Shown: positions 37,231 to 46,944 of the stretch, piece by piece
Numbering within the stretch: position 1 is the stretch's first letter
How the letters are laid out: every line of letters begins with the position of its first letter
DNA from: a virus
Taxonomy: Duplodnaviria; Heunggongvirae; Uroviricota; Caudoviricetes
Virus record (IMG/VR): IMGVR_UViG_3300012348_000120
DNA: 64,000 nt
Reading direction: 5' to 3' (one strand)
Notes under the pieces: generated by a model
Told to the model about the DNA's origin: nothing
What the model saw: only the letters and a program-made list of their open reading frames with translations
The model's database searches: none
Made by a program: the position numbers and the translations under genes

Positions 37231-37465
37231 ATTCTCCGTATATTAGCACATAATGTGCCTTGCTTATATCATCAAGATAGAATACCACATCGCACACTTC
37301 TGCGTCAAGGTCCATATCAAAGACATGATTAGAAAATTCATACTTGTTGCTATTATGACATAGAAAGTTGATTTTTTCATAATCTTGACATATTTGAGCC
37401 AACCAAGTTTCTTTTGTCCATCCGCCTGAAATCTCCATCGTTATTTTCAATGTGTCAGATTTCAT
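37220..37465 (-). CDS. hypothetical acidic protein
   Basis: 81-aa ORF, coupled chain. Confidence 0.45.
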   Translation of the reverse strand: MKSDTLKITMEISGGWTKETWLAQICQDYEKINFLCHNSNKYEFSNHVFDMDLDAEVCDVVFYLDDISKAHYVLIYGEYDV

Positions 37466-37707
37466 GATTGTTGCCCGTATAGCAATGCATACATTGCCGC
37501 ATCATCAAATGTCATAACATAGCAGATTTGCCAGCGTTCAATATAATCCATTGTATCTAACATCAACTCAGTTCTATCAAGTTTGTGAGTTTCAAGATAG
37601 TTTAGCCATGGCATCTTTGATGCCATTCCCTCAACCAAATCGGAGTATTTATCGCCAGCCGCCAAGGCCCACTCAACGTAAACTGCGCCTGAATCAGTGT
37701 CGATCAT
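37462..37707 (-). CDS. hypothetical protein
   Basis: 81-aa ORF, ATGA coupling. Confidence 0.45.
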   Translation of the reverse strand: MIDTDSGAVYVEWALAAGDKYSDLVEGMASKMPWLNYLETHKLDRTELMLDTMDYIERWQICYVMTFDDAAMYALLYGQQS

Positions 37708-37943
37708 TTGAACCTCACGATAAATTCTGCTGCGTCATCTTCAATCATATACGAAAAGAACTCTAAACGCAATCCCATATTTTCATAATCGTTGTGAATG
37801 TCGTATTCAATCACACATTCGGGTTTTGACGTAACCCATTTTCCAGCGTCAGTTTGGTAGAAATCATTTAGAACAAGTTTGGCGGTCCTGTTTACTGCTA
37901 TATCCATACCAATAAGCTGTTCATAAACTGAAACTCTTACCAT
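37704..37943 (-). CDS. hypothetical protein
   Basis: 79-aa ORF. Confidence 0.45.
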   Translation of the reverse strand: MVRVSVYEQLIGMDIAVNRTAKLVLNDFYQTDAGKWVTSKPECVIEYDIHNDYENMGLRLEFFSYMIEDDAAEFIVRFK

Positions 37944-38278
37944 CTCTGAACCGCTGGATACACAAATTGTGTGTCTCCTTTTCGCAAGGTAGAGTGAAGA
38001 ACTGCATGGTCATATTCGTCAATCGCATAGATCAATGCCGCACGAAATACTCCTTCGCCAAGGGATTCTTTGGCAAAGGTTTGAGCATCGGTGGGAGAAG
38101 TAAATTCAATATCAGAGCGAACACTGCCACCAGTTCGAAAGAAGTTCACAACGAAGCGTGTATTCTCGCCGTTGCGAATATCTTCTTCATACTTGTCAAG
38201 CGGCTTCAATTCACCTTTCACCCGTTCAGATTGAATCTTCTGAACAGGTGCAGATTTCTTTACGACAAAGGGTTTCAT
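37937..38278 (-). CDS. hypothetical protein
   Basis: 113-aa ORF. Confidence 0.5.
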   Translation of the reverse strand: MKPFVVKKSAPVQKIQSERVKGELKPLDKYEEDIRNGENTRFVVNFFRTGGSVRSDIEFTSPTDAQTFAKESLGEGVFRAALIYAIDEYDHAVLHSTLRKGDTQFVYPAVQRW

Positions 38279-38514
38279 TACAATCCAAGAACTCGTGAAA
38301 CAGAAGTGCTTGTAAGTTTCTCTGGACTGTCAGCAATGAACTCTGCAAGTTGCCCAAAGTAATATGCAGCGCCTTCTTCGCCAGCGGCTTCAAGTTCTTT
38401 CTGCGCAAGAAGTGCAAATGTCTTCAAATCTTGCAAAGACATATTACCTTCGTTGGCAGAGGCAGCGGCACGATGCATTTTGGCAGGACGTTGATTCGAC
38501 ATGTATATCTCCAA
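38278..38514 (-). CDS. hypothetical protein
   Basis: 78-aa ORF. Confidence 0.45.
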   Translation of the reverse strand: MEIYMSNQRPAKMHRAAASANEGNMSLQDLKTFALLAQKELEAAGEEGAAYYFGQLAEFIADSPEKLTSTSVSRVLGL

Positions 38515-38556
38515 GGTTTCTCTTCACTTGTTTTATACACCGCTGGAGTTAGAATG

Positions 38557-39873
38557 TCAATCGTTTTTTTCTTTCATTTTCAGAAAACCTAACTTATTTC
38601 CAGCACTAAACCCTGCCCAGTCAAATTTGAAGTCGGCATTCTTGAAACGCTCGTGTGAAAAATACACAATTGATTTTGTCACGTCAACGTTCAACTGTAT
38701 CATTGAAATGTTTCTGGCTAAGTTGGTAAGAGATTCACGATACTCTTTATGATCGTTGTTTAGATATTTTGCAATATAGTCTCCAAGTGGAGCAACAACA
38801 AAACGAACTCTGTCGTCTGCTTCTAACACTCGTTTGGTGAATTTGTAATCATTCGCTGCTTTCCAGAATGGAGACAACGTTTGAATTATGTCTTTTTGAG
38901 GAAGCCCATCCATAAATTCTTTGATAGAATAGATATTGATTTCTGAACTATCCATCTGCATAACTTCTGCAAGTTTCTGTATTGCAGGAGTATTCAAATA
39001 CTTATTGAGTTCAATGAAACCTTCTTTCATTGTCGTAGTATTCACAATATCAATGATCTTGTATACTTTGTGTTCTGGCAATGAAATTTTGCCTTGTGTG
39101 ATTTTATCTGACAATGCATCAACAATGTTTTGAACGGTGACCTTACCACCCCCACCAGATTTGATAGAAACTGGATATTCTACTTTCAGGCGTTCTCCAT
39201 AAAAGTCGATCAGTTTTTCATTTGAAACGGATGGAAATGAAATAGTCTTGAACGAAAGATTGTTAGTTGCCCATATTGCACCCAATACTTCTCCAAAGTT
39301 TTTTGATATTGTTGCCAAATCGGAGGAAGAATATTTTGTAGTGTCAATACTAAACGAAAATGAACTGCCCTTCTTATTGCATATATCCATCAAGTAAGAA
39401 AGCATTTCAAGATGGTCAGGATATTTTTGCTGTATTACGTTTTTTGATTCTGTTATGATTTCAGAAGCAGTCAGTTTCTTTCCAGCAAGTTCAAGGTCAT
39501 CTGGTGTAAGGTCTTTTGGTCCAAATAGTTTGTTTACAGAAGAGTTTGCACCCACGTAGTTGTTGACCCAAGGCAGAGTTGTTCCAACTGGAATACCGTT
39601 GGTTTCGTCTCTCATTACTAAGTCATATGTGGGAAACGTGCCAGAGGACGAACTTGCGCCCGTCATAACATCTACGCCAAATTCATCAAAAAAAGATTGA
39701 AAGTCGGACAGTTCGCCTTCCAATTGAAAACGAATATGCATGCCACCTCGGCCAAGATCACTTGATCCAAGTATTTTTTGTATTCCTTTTTGGCGTAGCT
39801 TAGACATAAGCCAACGCTTGAAATCATTCTGTGCTGCGTCTTCAAGTAGAATGCTTGTGATTTTTGAAATCAT
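38557..39873 (-). CDS. large hypothetical protein (438 aa), no recognisable motif
   Basis: long uninterrupted ORF; Ser-rich. Confidence 0.55.
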   Translation of the reverse strand: MISKITSILLEDAAQNDFKRWLMSKLRQKGIQKILGSSDLGRGGMHIRFQLEGELSDFQSFFDEFGVDVMTGASSSSGTFPTYDLVMRDETNGIPVGTTLPWVNNYVGANSSVNKLFGPKDLTPDDLELAGKKLTASEIITESKNVIQQKYPDHLEMLSYLMDICNKKGSSFSFSIDTTKYSSSDLATISKNFGEVLGAIWATNNLSFKTISFPSVSNEKLIDFYGERLKVEYPVSIKSGGGGKVTVQNIVDALSDKITQGKISLPEHKVYKIIDIVNTTTMKEGFIELNKYLNTPAIQKLAEVMQMDSSEINIYSIKEFMDGLPQKDIIQTLSPFWKAANDYKFTKRVLEADDRVRFVVAPLGDYIAKYLNNDHKEYRESLTNLARNISMIQLNVDVTKSIVYFSHERFKNADFKFDWAGFSAGNKLGFLKMKEKND

Positions 39874-39902
39874 CTGATAAACCCCAATTTGTATATTGGT
39901 AT

Positions 39903-40274
39903 TTATCCTTTCGTTGCTTCATCTTTTGCAGATTGTGCATCTCCAATATTGAGATATACATTTACAAGCGGGTTTTCACATACAAAATTCAATGTATGTT
40001 TTTCGTTGGTTTTCACATTTTCCAACACAATAATGTCAGTATAGTCACTTATGGTGTCATCTTCTGGCAACTCTCCTTCAAACAGTTGAGTTACTTTTCC
40101 TTTGACCACCCATGTCGCAACATAATATTCAACGCTTGGCTTGTCATAACGATGCCATTGATTGCCTTCATCATCAATCATAGTAAGACGCTTCTGACTT
40201 CCATTCGCCCAGTTGTATATTTCTTCAACTGTATAAATTAAGTCGCCTATGTTTATATCTTTTATATGTGTCAT
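39903..40274 (-). CDS. hypothetical protein
   Basis: 123-aa ORF. Confidence 0.5.
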   Translation of the reverse strand: MTHIKDINIGDLIYTVEEIYNWANGSQKRLTMIDDEGNQWHRYDKPSVEYYVATWVVKGKVTQLFEGELPEDDTISDYTDIIVLENVKTNEKHTLNFVCENPLVNVYLNIGDAQSAKDEATKG

Positions 40275-40633
40275 GAGAAGTTAAAATGAAACTCTTGGAA
40301 ATATATAAGATTGAATGGCTGATTTTCGTTTTCTGGATTGCTCATATTAATGACTACGTGTGGAATATAGAATTGATATGCATTCAAAAATTCTTCACGA
40401 GTATAATGCTGAACGCCTCTCATAAAGTATGAATCAACACGTTCCGCCATTTCTCGCTCAATTATTTTTTCTGGTGGAACAGCAAGAGTTCCGAACCAGC
40501 CATTTTTCAATGATGGCGGGTCTTCCCAATCCTCTGCGATAGGATTTCCACGTGTGATCATAAGAAACATAGTGCGACCTTCTCCTGTAGCAGAATAGTC
40601 AATCGCTGCATAATAATTCAAGTCTTCGGTCAT
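40271..40633 (-). CDS. hypothetical protein
   Basis: 120-aa ORF. Confidence 0.5.
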   Translation of the reverse strand: MTEDLNYYAAIDYSATGEGRTMFLMITRGNPIAEDWEDPPSLKNGWFGTLAVPPEKIIEREMAERVDSYFMRGVQHYTREEFLNAYQFYIPHVVINMSNPENENQPFNLIYFQEFHFNFS

Positions 40634-40941
40634 TTTACGATTTCTTTCACTATGTCGTAGTTTTCTTTGGCTTCGCGAAGTGCAGGATATTCTCGCAACA
40701 GATGCTTATCAGTTTGACGATATTTCAGTTGGGCATTGCCTTCGTTATTGATGCCCATGTAATACTCATACCCCTTTTCAAAACGGTTCAGAATACGCTC
40801 CAAACTCCTACGCTGACGTTGGTAGTCTGACAGCAACAAAAACTTTTCCTCTTTTTCATAGACGGTTTCAAGTTCTTTGAGAGTATCGATTTCTTCACGA
40901 ATTGCATCTATGATGGTATATGGTTCACTCATCGGTTCCAC
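40630..40941 (-). CDS. hypothetical protein
   Basis: 103-aa ORF. Confidence 0.5.
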   Translation of the reverse strand: MEPMSEPYTIIDAIREEIDTLKELETVYEKEEKFLLLSDYQRQRRSLERILNRFEKGYEYYMGINNEGNAQLKYRQTDKHLLREYPALREAKENYDIVKEIVK

Positions 40942-41290
40942 CTTGGATTATTTTGAAAGGAATGACTTTTGCTGATTTATTAATGATTGGTTTTTTTGTC
41001 GGACGTGGGGGCGTAGGAACATATCCTTCGCCAATAGTTCGCGGATCATAGCTTCCATCTGGGACAACGCCTACTTCCAGCCAATTGTCTCTGGCAAGAT
41101 TAATTCCACGATGTTTGCTATAATCGATAGAGTAATCAGTTTTGAACTTTCGTTTCCCACATGCACACTGATAGAAACGCATCGTGTGATATATTACTCT
41201 CTCAGAATCAGTGTAAGTTGTATGATAGTCGCGATTGACTGCGACCACCTCAAACTTATGTGAGCCAAAAAAACAACCAATAGATTTCAA
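40925..41290 (-). CDS. hypothetical Cys-containing protein
   Basis: 121-aa ORF. Confidence 0.5.
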   Translation of the reverse strand: MKSIGCFFGSHKFEVVAVNRDYHTTYTDSERVIYHTMRFYQCACGKRKFKTDYSIDYSKHRGINLARDNWLEVGVVPDGSYDPRTIGEGYVPTPPRPTKKPIINKSAKVIPFKIIQGGTDE

Positions 41291-41565
41291 ATCAGATCAC
41301 TCCATTTTTTCAGTTTTTCTTTCTTGACTTCTGATCGGGCTTCCAGTTCATCCCAAGTCAATACATTATGGGCAACCATTAGCTGTAACATGCACAACAC
41401 GTCACCCGCTTCTTCTACCAACTTTACGCGGTTCGCAATCGCTCTTTCATCATCGGCAATCACTTCTTCAACAGTTTCGTATTTGCGAACAGTCTTACTG
41501 CATTGCTGCGTAAGTTCGGCGCATTCTTCCATGGTGATTACCATCAGTTGTTGTAGCTTATTCAT
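41287..41565 (-). CDS. mazG: MazG-like nucleotide pyrophosphohydrolase
   Basis: ITMEECAELTQ...LVEEAGDVLCMLQL, all-alpha NTP-PPase EExxE motifs. Confidence 0.65.
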   Translation of the reverse strand: MNKLQQLMVITMEECAELTQQCSKTVRKYETVEEVIADDERAIANRVKLVEEAGDVLCMLQLMVAHNVLTWDELEARSEVKKEKLKKWSDLI

Positions 41566-41804
41566 GTGAACCTCAATTTATGTAGTTTGTCTCTTACCGC
41601 ACGAGTATACCAAGTTTGATCCTGTTTGTCAACGGTTTCAATAAGATATTCAAGATCAAACTTATCTAAGAATTGATCGGAACTGTGGTTTTCCTCTGGT
41701 TCAGCAATATAGCCACGGAGTTTTAGTTCTTCCACTAAGTCATCATCAGTGAAATCATCCAAGTCAACATCTACATCAACATCGACTGTAATCGTTTTAT
41801 ACAT
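41562..41804 (-). CDS. hypothetical acidic protein
   Basis: 80-aa ORF. Confidence 0.45.
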   Translation of the reverse strand: MYKTITVDVDVDVDLDDFTDDDLVEELKLRGYIAEPEENHSSDQFLDKFDLEYLIETVDKQDQTWYTRAVRDKLHKLRFT

Positions 41805-42051
41805 TTTCCATCTCCCTTATTTTTGCTGGTGGAAGTATGTCGCCTTGCATAAGCATCATTTCTTCCAATGCATTCTCATTTGTTGGATGTGTGACGACCC
41901 ATCTAACCGTTTCGTTAGCTTGTGTCACCTCTTTAGTCACAAATCCTGTATCACGTAGGATGTTTCGCCATCTGTCAATTTTGTTCCTCTTGACATAATA
42001 CGGATTTGTGTTTCCGTAGTATACTTCAATCACCCAAGTTTTCATAGCCAT
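41797..42051 (-). CDS. hypothetical protein
   Basis: 84-aa ORF. Confidence 0.45.
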   Translation of the reverse strand: MAMKTWVIEVYYGNTNPYYVKRNKIDRWRNILRDTGFVTKEVTQANETVRWVVTHPTNENALEEMMLMQGDILPPAKIREMENV

Positions 42052-42473
42052 TGTAATGCAAACCTCGCAGCGTCAGTTTCATTTTCAAATGCGACAAATA
42101 CAGCTTCGCCGCCTCTCCCATCAAAGTAGTCAAATGTTCCATCGGAACGAGTTCTATGCCAATGCACTCTATACTTGCCCTCGCAGTTATGTTTGCACCA
42201 TATTCTAAACTCAAACGTTCCGTCTGAAAAAAATCCATTATCATACGAAGGCTGTCGCATTACAATTCCAAATGGAACTTCAAACAGAATGTAACCAGAA
42301 TAAAACTCTTGGACTGTCTTAGCATTTACATTCAAGTTGGGGTCACGAATCATATGATATTCATACCAAGTCTTGCATCCAGAATCTTCAAGAACCTTGC
42401 GGATTCTTCTTTTTCTAAGTCTTGCCCTGATACGAAAAATACCAAACATAGTTATTGCTTGCGTTCCCACCAC
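42042..42473 (-). CDS. hypothetical protein
   Basis: 143-aa ORF. Confidence 0.5.
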   Translation of the reverse strand: MVGTQAITMFGIFRIRARLRKRRIRKVLEDSGCKTWYEYHMIRDPNLNVNAKTVQEFYSGYILFEVPFGIVMRQPSYDNGFFSDGTFEFRIWCKHNCEGKYRVHWHRTRSDGTFDYFDGRGGEAVFVAFENETDAARFALQWL

Positions 42474-43018
42474 TGTTTCCAGACTTTGCGTGACACAGTG
42501 TCATACAAATCTTCGTATCCAGTCTCTACTGGATTATCATTGCCGCCTTTCTTGATATGAAAGAACGCCAACGCACCTTTATTTTCCTTGCAGAAGTTCT
42601 CAATCGGTATGAGTTCATCTGCAATTTTCATCAGTTCTTCAGAACCAGTAAAGAATTCTCCTTGCCAATTCAGTCTTAGGCCATAACAATACACGTTGAT
42701 ATTCCAATTGTCAACAAGATTCGCTAAATCCCATACTTGTTCTTTTGTAAGAAACTGTGCCTCATCAACCATCAAAAAGTCTGGTTTGGTGGCGTGTGAT
42801 TTTAGAATCTTTGCACTCGGTAAGTCAGATGGTCCGACAATCAAACACTCATGCTCAATACCAAGGCGAGTTGTAATGGCAGTTGATCTATCATCAACCG
42901 CTGGCTTCATTAGAACCGTGCTAAATCCTTTTTGTGTCAATGTATGATTTCTGGTAAGAACCGAAAGGCTCTTACCAGAATTCATTGACGAATATACAAA
43001 CGTCAGTTTAGTCATCAA
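42452..43018 (-). CDS. tk: thymidine kinase
   Basis: P-loop FVYSSMNSGKS, FLMVDEAQF, C-terminal zinc-ribbon-like region. Confidence 0.85.
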   Translation of the reverse strand: MMTKLTFVYSSMNSGKSLSVLTRNHTLTQKGFSTVLMKPAVDDRSTAITTRLGIEHECLIVGPSDLPSAKILKSHATKPDFLMVDEAQFLTKEQVWDLANLVDNWNINVYCYGLRLNWQGEFFTGSEELMKIADELIPIENFCKENKGALAFFHIKKGGNDNPVETGYEDLYDTVSRKVWKQWWERKQ

Positions 43019-43590
43019 CGGCTCTCGCTGTGCAGCTTCTTTGCATAGTATTTGCCGATTTTGTCAAACGACGAACCAAGGAAAACATAAACGAAGTTGT
43101 ATAGGAATACAAAAGGCTTATGAATAACTTCCCAAGTAAAGTGGAATGGCCACATTAGAACGTATGACGCAAGACGATCTTTGTTGTTTCGGGCTGTATA
43201 CTTTGAATATTCATATGAGTCCAAATAGTCATCAAACGTGCCTTCATGATTGCGATGCCAAGATTTGAACTTATCTTCAATATCGTAGTGATGATGTTTG
43301 ATGAACAGAGGCCAACGCCATAGACCTGTATATACTGCACCAATAGCTGCGTAGACAAATGCGGAAACTACAAATGTCAAGGTATTTGCAAAAATATAAG
43401 AAATAACTGCAATACCCACCGCATACTCTGCGACTATGGCACCAAGGAATAGAATTCCAAACCCCATAATCATACTTTCAGTTCGGCTTGCCAGAATACC
43501 AGAGGCAAGAAATACAATCAAAAATAGTGCCGCCCAAACGCCACTAAACGCACCAATAAAACTTTCCATCAGATTTACCTTTCTATCCAA
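43015..43590 (-). CDS. polytopic membrane protein (about 5 TM helices)
   Basis: 191-aa hydrophobic ORF. Confidence 0.55.
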   Translation of the reverse strand: MDRKVNLMESFIGAFSGVWAALFLIVFLASGILASRTESMIMGFGILFLGAIVAEYAVGIAVISYIFANTLTFVVSAFVYAAIGAVYTGLWRWPLFIKHHHYDIEDKFKSWHRNHEGTFDDYLDSYEYSKYTARNNKDRLASYVLMWPFHFTWEVIHKPFVFLYNFVYVFLGSSFDKIGKYYAKKLHSESR

Positions 43591-44087
43591 TTGCCCATGA
43601 TGCTTTGTGCATTGAGCATGTGTTTATACAATAGACCGTTTTCTGGATCGGTCTGAACCAATCTTCCTTTTCCGAGGATTTCCTTGAACCGATACCGATT
43701 ATCATCAAACAAGATGAAATCATCTACATCGGTTGCAAAATTTTCAAGATAGTCTTTTACTTCATTTGCACGATCCCACTTCTTTTGAACTGCAAAATTG
43801 TCTGGATCGGTTTTCCAAGGTGATGCAATCATACCACGAAAACCAGAGTTGGCAAAAGCAGAACGAACCCAATGTTCAATCATGTTGTCGTCATTACGAA
43901 GTCCATTTTTCCAAGTTGACATAATAACAAACTCAACTGGATACTTGTCATGAATCTTGTTCATAAAGTCAACGGCAACTGGATCAAACCTTGCCCACAT
44001 CTTGTATTCTGAATTGTGTGCAAAGTGGACACGTGACGAAGTAAACACTCCGTCAATATCCAAAAACACAAGATACTTTCTATCCAT
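43575..44087 (-). CDS. HAD-superfamily phosphatase-like protein
   Basis: motif I FLDIDGVF near the N-terminus. Confidence 0.55.
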   Translation of the reverse strand: MDRKYLVFLDIDGVFTSSRVHFAHNSEYKMWARFDPVAVDFMNKIHDKYPVEFVIMSTWKNGLRNDDNMIEHWVRSAFANSGFRGMIASPWKTDPDNFAVQKKWDRANEVKDYLENFATDVDDFILFDDNRYRFKEILGKGRLVQTDPENGLLYKHMLNAQSIMGNWIER

Positions 44088-44242
44088 TACGCCAATTCTC
44101 GTAGTTTGTCTGGTGGGACTTTCATAATGTCTGCCAGCGCATCCACCACTTCGTTGATAGAATGACCACCAAACATCATATTCTCATCTTGCCGTTCTGC
44201 GAACAACAGAAAGAAGACCAACTTATATAGACTTTCATTCAT
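44087..44242 (-). CDS. small hypothetical protein (start trimmed to MNESLYK)
   Basis: ATG overlaps the upstream stop (ATGAATGA). Confidence 0.35.
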   Translation of the reverse strand: MNESLYKLVFFLLFAERQDENMMFGGHSINEVVDALADIMKVPPDKLRELA

Positions 44243-44519
44243 TATGTAGTTCCTTTCGGGCGGCTTCAAGTTCTGCGCGAAGTGAAAGAACTTCTGCGGC
44301 GAGTTCAGGTGCAAGAGCGATGAGTTCAGCGTTTGCGTCATTCTTCATGCCGACTACATAAGCGACTACAAACACATCACCTTCAAACTCAGGGGGGAAT
44401 TCAGCACCGCATACATATGGATGTGGATGTCCATTAGTGCCACGTTCATGATGCGTCCAAGGTCCAGTCGTTGCCTTTTGCAATAGATCAGGAAGACGCT
44501 TTATAAGATCATCATCCAT
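44235..44519 (-). CDS. hypothetical protein (start trimmed to MDDDLIKRL)
   Basis: ATG 4 nt after the upstream TAA. Confidence 0.4.
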   Translation of the reverse strand: MDDDLIKRLPDLLQKATTGPWTHHERGTNGHPHPYVCGAEFPPEFEGDVFVVAYVVGMKNDANAELIALAPELAAEVLSLRAELEAARKELHNE

Positions 44520-44523
44520 TCTT

Positions 44524-44679
44524 TTATGCTCGGTTGCTGCCAGCAGCAAGACCAAGGGCGACCCATCCAACGATGGAATCGACATGTTGATCAAGTAGCC
44601 AAGCCATACCGTATACGACACCAACAGCGATGACTGTGTTAATCAACACAGTGAACACATTTAGAAAAAACTTTTCCAT
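44524..44679 (-). CDS. small membrane protein, about 51 aa (start trimmed to MEKFFLNVF)
   Basis: hydrophobic core TVLINTVIAVGVVYGMAWLL. Confidence 0.4.
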   Translation of the reverse strand: MEKFFLNVFTVLINTVIAVGVVYGMAWLLDQHVDSIVGWVALGLAAGSNRA

Positions 44680-44680
44680 A

Positions 44681-44995
44681 TCAGGCACCCATCTTTTTAA
44701 GAGCAGTAAGAACACGTTTGGAACCACCCGATTTGTTCATCTTGAACATGCGGCTGGACATTGCAGACATTGCACCGATGCCACCACCATCAGTCCCCCA
44801 CACCGAACCAGCAGACGTGGAAGGCAGAAGTCCAAGAATGCTGTAATATTCCATATCAGCACGGCAGAAGGCTTCACGGTCATTGATGCCATCTTTGTAG
44901 ATGGTCAGAATGGAACCACGGACAGTAACGTCCCAACCAAGTTCTTTGGCGGTGTCAAGGATTTTCTTGGCGGTTTCAGTGGCGTTCACAGTCAT
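44681..44995 (-). CDS. hypothetical protein
   Basis: 104-aa ORF directly after a promoter cassette; RBS aaggagagataa. Confidence 0.5.
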   Translation of the reverse strand: MTVNATETAKKILDTAKELGWDVTVRGSILTIYKDGINDREAFCRADMEYYSILGLLPSTSAGSVWGTDGGGIGAMSAMSSRMFKMNKSGGSKRVLTALKKMGA

Positions 44996-45005
44996 TTATC
45001 TCTCC

Positions 45006-45050
45006 TTGCTGACTACTCTATTCTTATAGCGTGATTCGTTCAGTTTGTCA
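45006..45050 (-). promoter_or_regulatory. early promoter (copy)
   Basis: gene-sense TTGACAaactgaacgaatcacgcTATAAGaatagag. Confidence 0.55.
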
Positions 45051-45054
45051 ACTA

Positions 45055-45273
45055 TTAGATTGATTGGACTTTGTAAAATAGTCGAACCAACCCAACAAAC
45101 TCACAATAAACTTCTTCCAGTCCACCAGAGTGGCGACGATCATAAGCCTCGGACCAAAGGAATGAAGCCTGTGCTTCTGAAACAATGTCTTTGTATTCAT
45201 GAAAGACGCATTCAGTAAGGACGGCTTCATCATCAGTGCGGTATTCATGAAAGGAGCGATATTCAGGAAGCAT
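45055..45273 (-). CDS. hypothetical protein
   Basis: 72-aa ORF. Confidence 0.45.
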   Translation of the reverse strand: MLPEYRSFHEYRTDDEAVLTECVFHEYKDIVSEAQASFLWSEAYDRRHSGGLEEVYCEFVGLVRLFYKVQSI

Positions 45274-45294
45274 TTGTTTTCCTTTATTTGCGTT

Positions 45295-45335
45295 ATGTAG
45301 TCAATCTATACTGATTCTTTCAGTTTGTCAACTCA
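45295..45335 (-). promoter_or_regulatory. early promoter (copy)
   Basis: gene-sense TTGACAaactgaaagaatcagTATAGAttgac. Confidence 0.5.
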
Positions 45336-45781
45336 TTCTTTTTGATTTTCTGTTTTTTTCGAAACAAAAGAAGACTTAGTTGCGAACTGCGACCTACCTC
45401 GCGCAACGATTTTACACGGTAGTTTTTTTGCAGAGTTGTTTGAATTGTTTTGATTAGGGCAGATTGCGATTTTGGCAAGGAGTATGTCAGCGCCCGCAAT
45501 GATTTTTCTTGTTCATGCGTAAGTTGTGCAGTGTCAAGCACTTCTAATGTGTATTTGAATGTTTCTGCAAGACCCTTGGTGGCATAAGAGTTTCCTTCAT
45601 ACTCAAACCAAGAGACACCCGTTCCATCATAATACCACGCATCCTTGCCGATGATGGCAGGGCCGATAAATGAATCACAGTCTGGGGTTCTATCATCGAA
45701 GTTGTCGTCGCTGATCTTCATCCAGAACTCAAGTTGAAGAACTTTGATTCGTGTCGGAAACTTAGTCATTGAGTTCTCCAT
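45320..45781 (-). CDS. hypothetical protein
   Basis: 153-aa ORF. Confidence 0.5.
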   Translation of the reverse strand: MENSMTKFPTRIKVLQLEFWMKISDDNFDDRTPDCDSFIGPAIIGKDAWYYDGTGVSWFEYEGNSYATKGLAETFKYTLEVLDTAQLTHEQEKSLRALTYSLPKSQSALIKTIQTTLQKNYRVKSLREVGRSSQLSLLLFRKKQKIKKNELTN

Positions 45782-45829
45782 CTGATTCTTACTTTTGTAA
45801 GTTATACCAGATAGAGAACGAAGTCAACA

Positions 45830-46087
45830 TTATTCTACTGAAATAACGTTTTCCCAACGAAAAGATCGCCAACCATTTGCTTCAACGTCCCACACGCTGC
45901 AAACTTCTGGACTTACTGCTCTTACTTTCTTTTGTGATAGTGGGTCTTCTTTTGTTGCTGGCGGAATGACACTCTCTTGTAGAGTGCATTTCATAGTGCG
46001 TTCTTCACCAGAAACTTTCTTGAACTTTACAATTACTTCTTCTGATTTCAGACGTTCCGATAGAATGTCTTTTTCTTCTTGTGTCAT
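45830..46087 (-). CDS. hypothetical protein
   Basis: 85-aa ORF. Confidence 0.45.
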   Translation of the reverse strand: MTQEEKDILSERLKSEEVIVKFKKVSGEERTMKCTLQESVIPPATKEDPLSQKKVRAVSPEVCSVWDVEANGWRSFRWENVISVE

Positions 46088-46944
46088 TTGTATCCAATCC
46101 TCATAAATCGTTTGTATTTTGGGAGTAGTAGCTCACCAGAAAACAATTCAGTTTTCATTGGTGTTTGTATAGAGAACGCTTCCAAATCTTTTGAGCAATT
46201 CACATGTTCTTTGATTTCAAAGTAATCGTTACTTTGTAGAACAACTAATCTTCCTTCTGGAATCTTGGCATACCATTCATCAAAATTGCTGATGTGCTCA
46301 CAAGACGTGTTGATGATTGTATCAGGAGATTCAACAATAGGATGGCTATATCTATTGTTCTTGTTGCTCCACACTTGCCAAGAGTGCGATTCAAAATTTA
46401 TGTCATTGATGTTCTGTGTTATAGACTTGAATTTCCAGTTTTCCATAACCCAAGGTTTATTGAAGACTTCTGCAATTGCTACACAGCTTTCATCTATGTC
46501 AAAACTTCGTATGCTTTCAATTGAAGTTCCACTTTCAAACAGCATAGTGGCAAGAGTGCCATACCATCCTGCACAGAGATACACAGTTCCAAGTGGTATT
46601 TTCAAATCAACTACGTTATTCACTAACCAAAGCTTCGATTCAAGTTGACCCCTACTGAAACAGTCATCTGCGAATTCTGTGTTGTTCACGTAGAAATTTT
46701 TGAATGCTGCAACGAATTGAGTGGAATTACATTCTTGTAGAATTTTCCATAGCGCCCAATAATTATCTTCTAATATTACCTTACGCAAATCTTCTGGTTC
46801 AACGCCATTCGCTATGAGCCGAAAGATGCTATTCAAATCTTTGTCTATATATGCCCTACGAAGGTCAGACATATTTTTGTTGTCTGAATAGAGAAGTTCA
46901 AATCTATCAAGTAACTGATAGATGTCTAAATGTGTGGTCATCAT
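46084..46944 (-). CDS. hypothetical protein, possible SAM-dependent methyltransferase-like fold (weak)
   Basis: 286 aa; VYLCAGWYGTLATMLFE resembles an MTase motif I. Confidence 0.45.
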   Translation of the reverse strand: MMTTHLDIYQLLDRFELLYSDNKNMSDLRRAYIDKDLNSIFRLIANGVEPEDLRKVILEDNYWALWKILQECNSTQFVAAFKNFYVNNTEFADDCFSRGQLESKLWLVNNVVDLKIPLGTVYLCAGWYGTLATMLFESGTSIESIRSFDIDESCVAIAEVFNKPWVMENWKFKSITQNINDINFESHSWQVWSNKNNRYSHPIVESPDTIINTSCEHISNFDEWYAKIPEGRLVVLQSNDYFEIKEHVNCSKDLEAFSIQTPMKTELFSGELLLPKYKRFMRIGYK

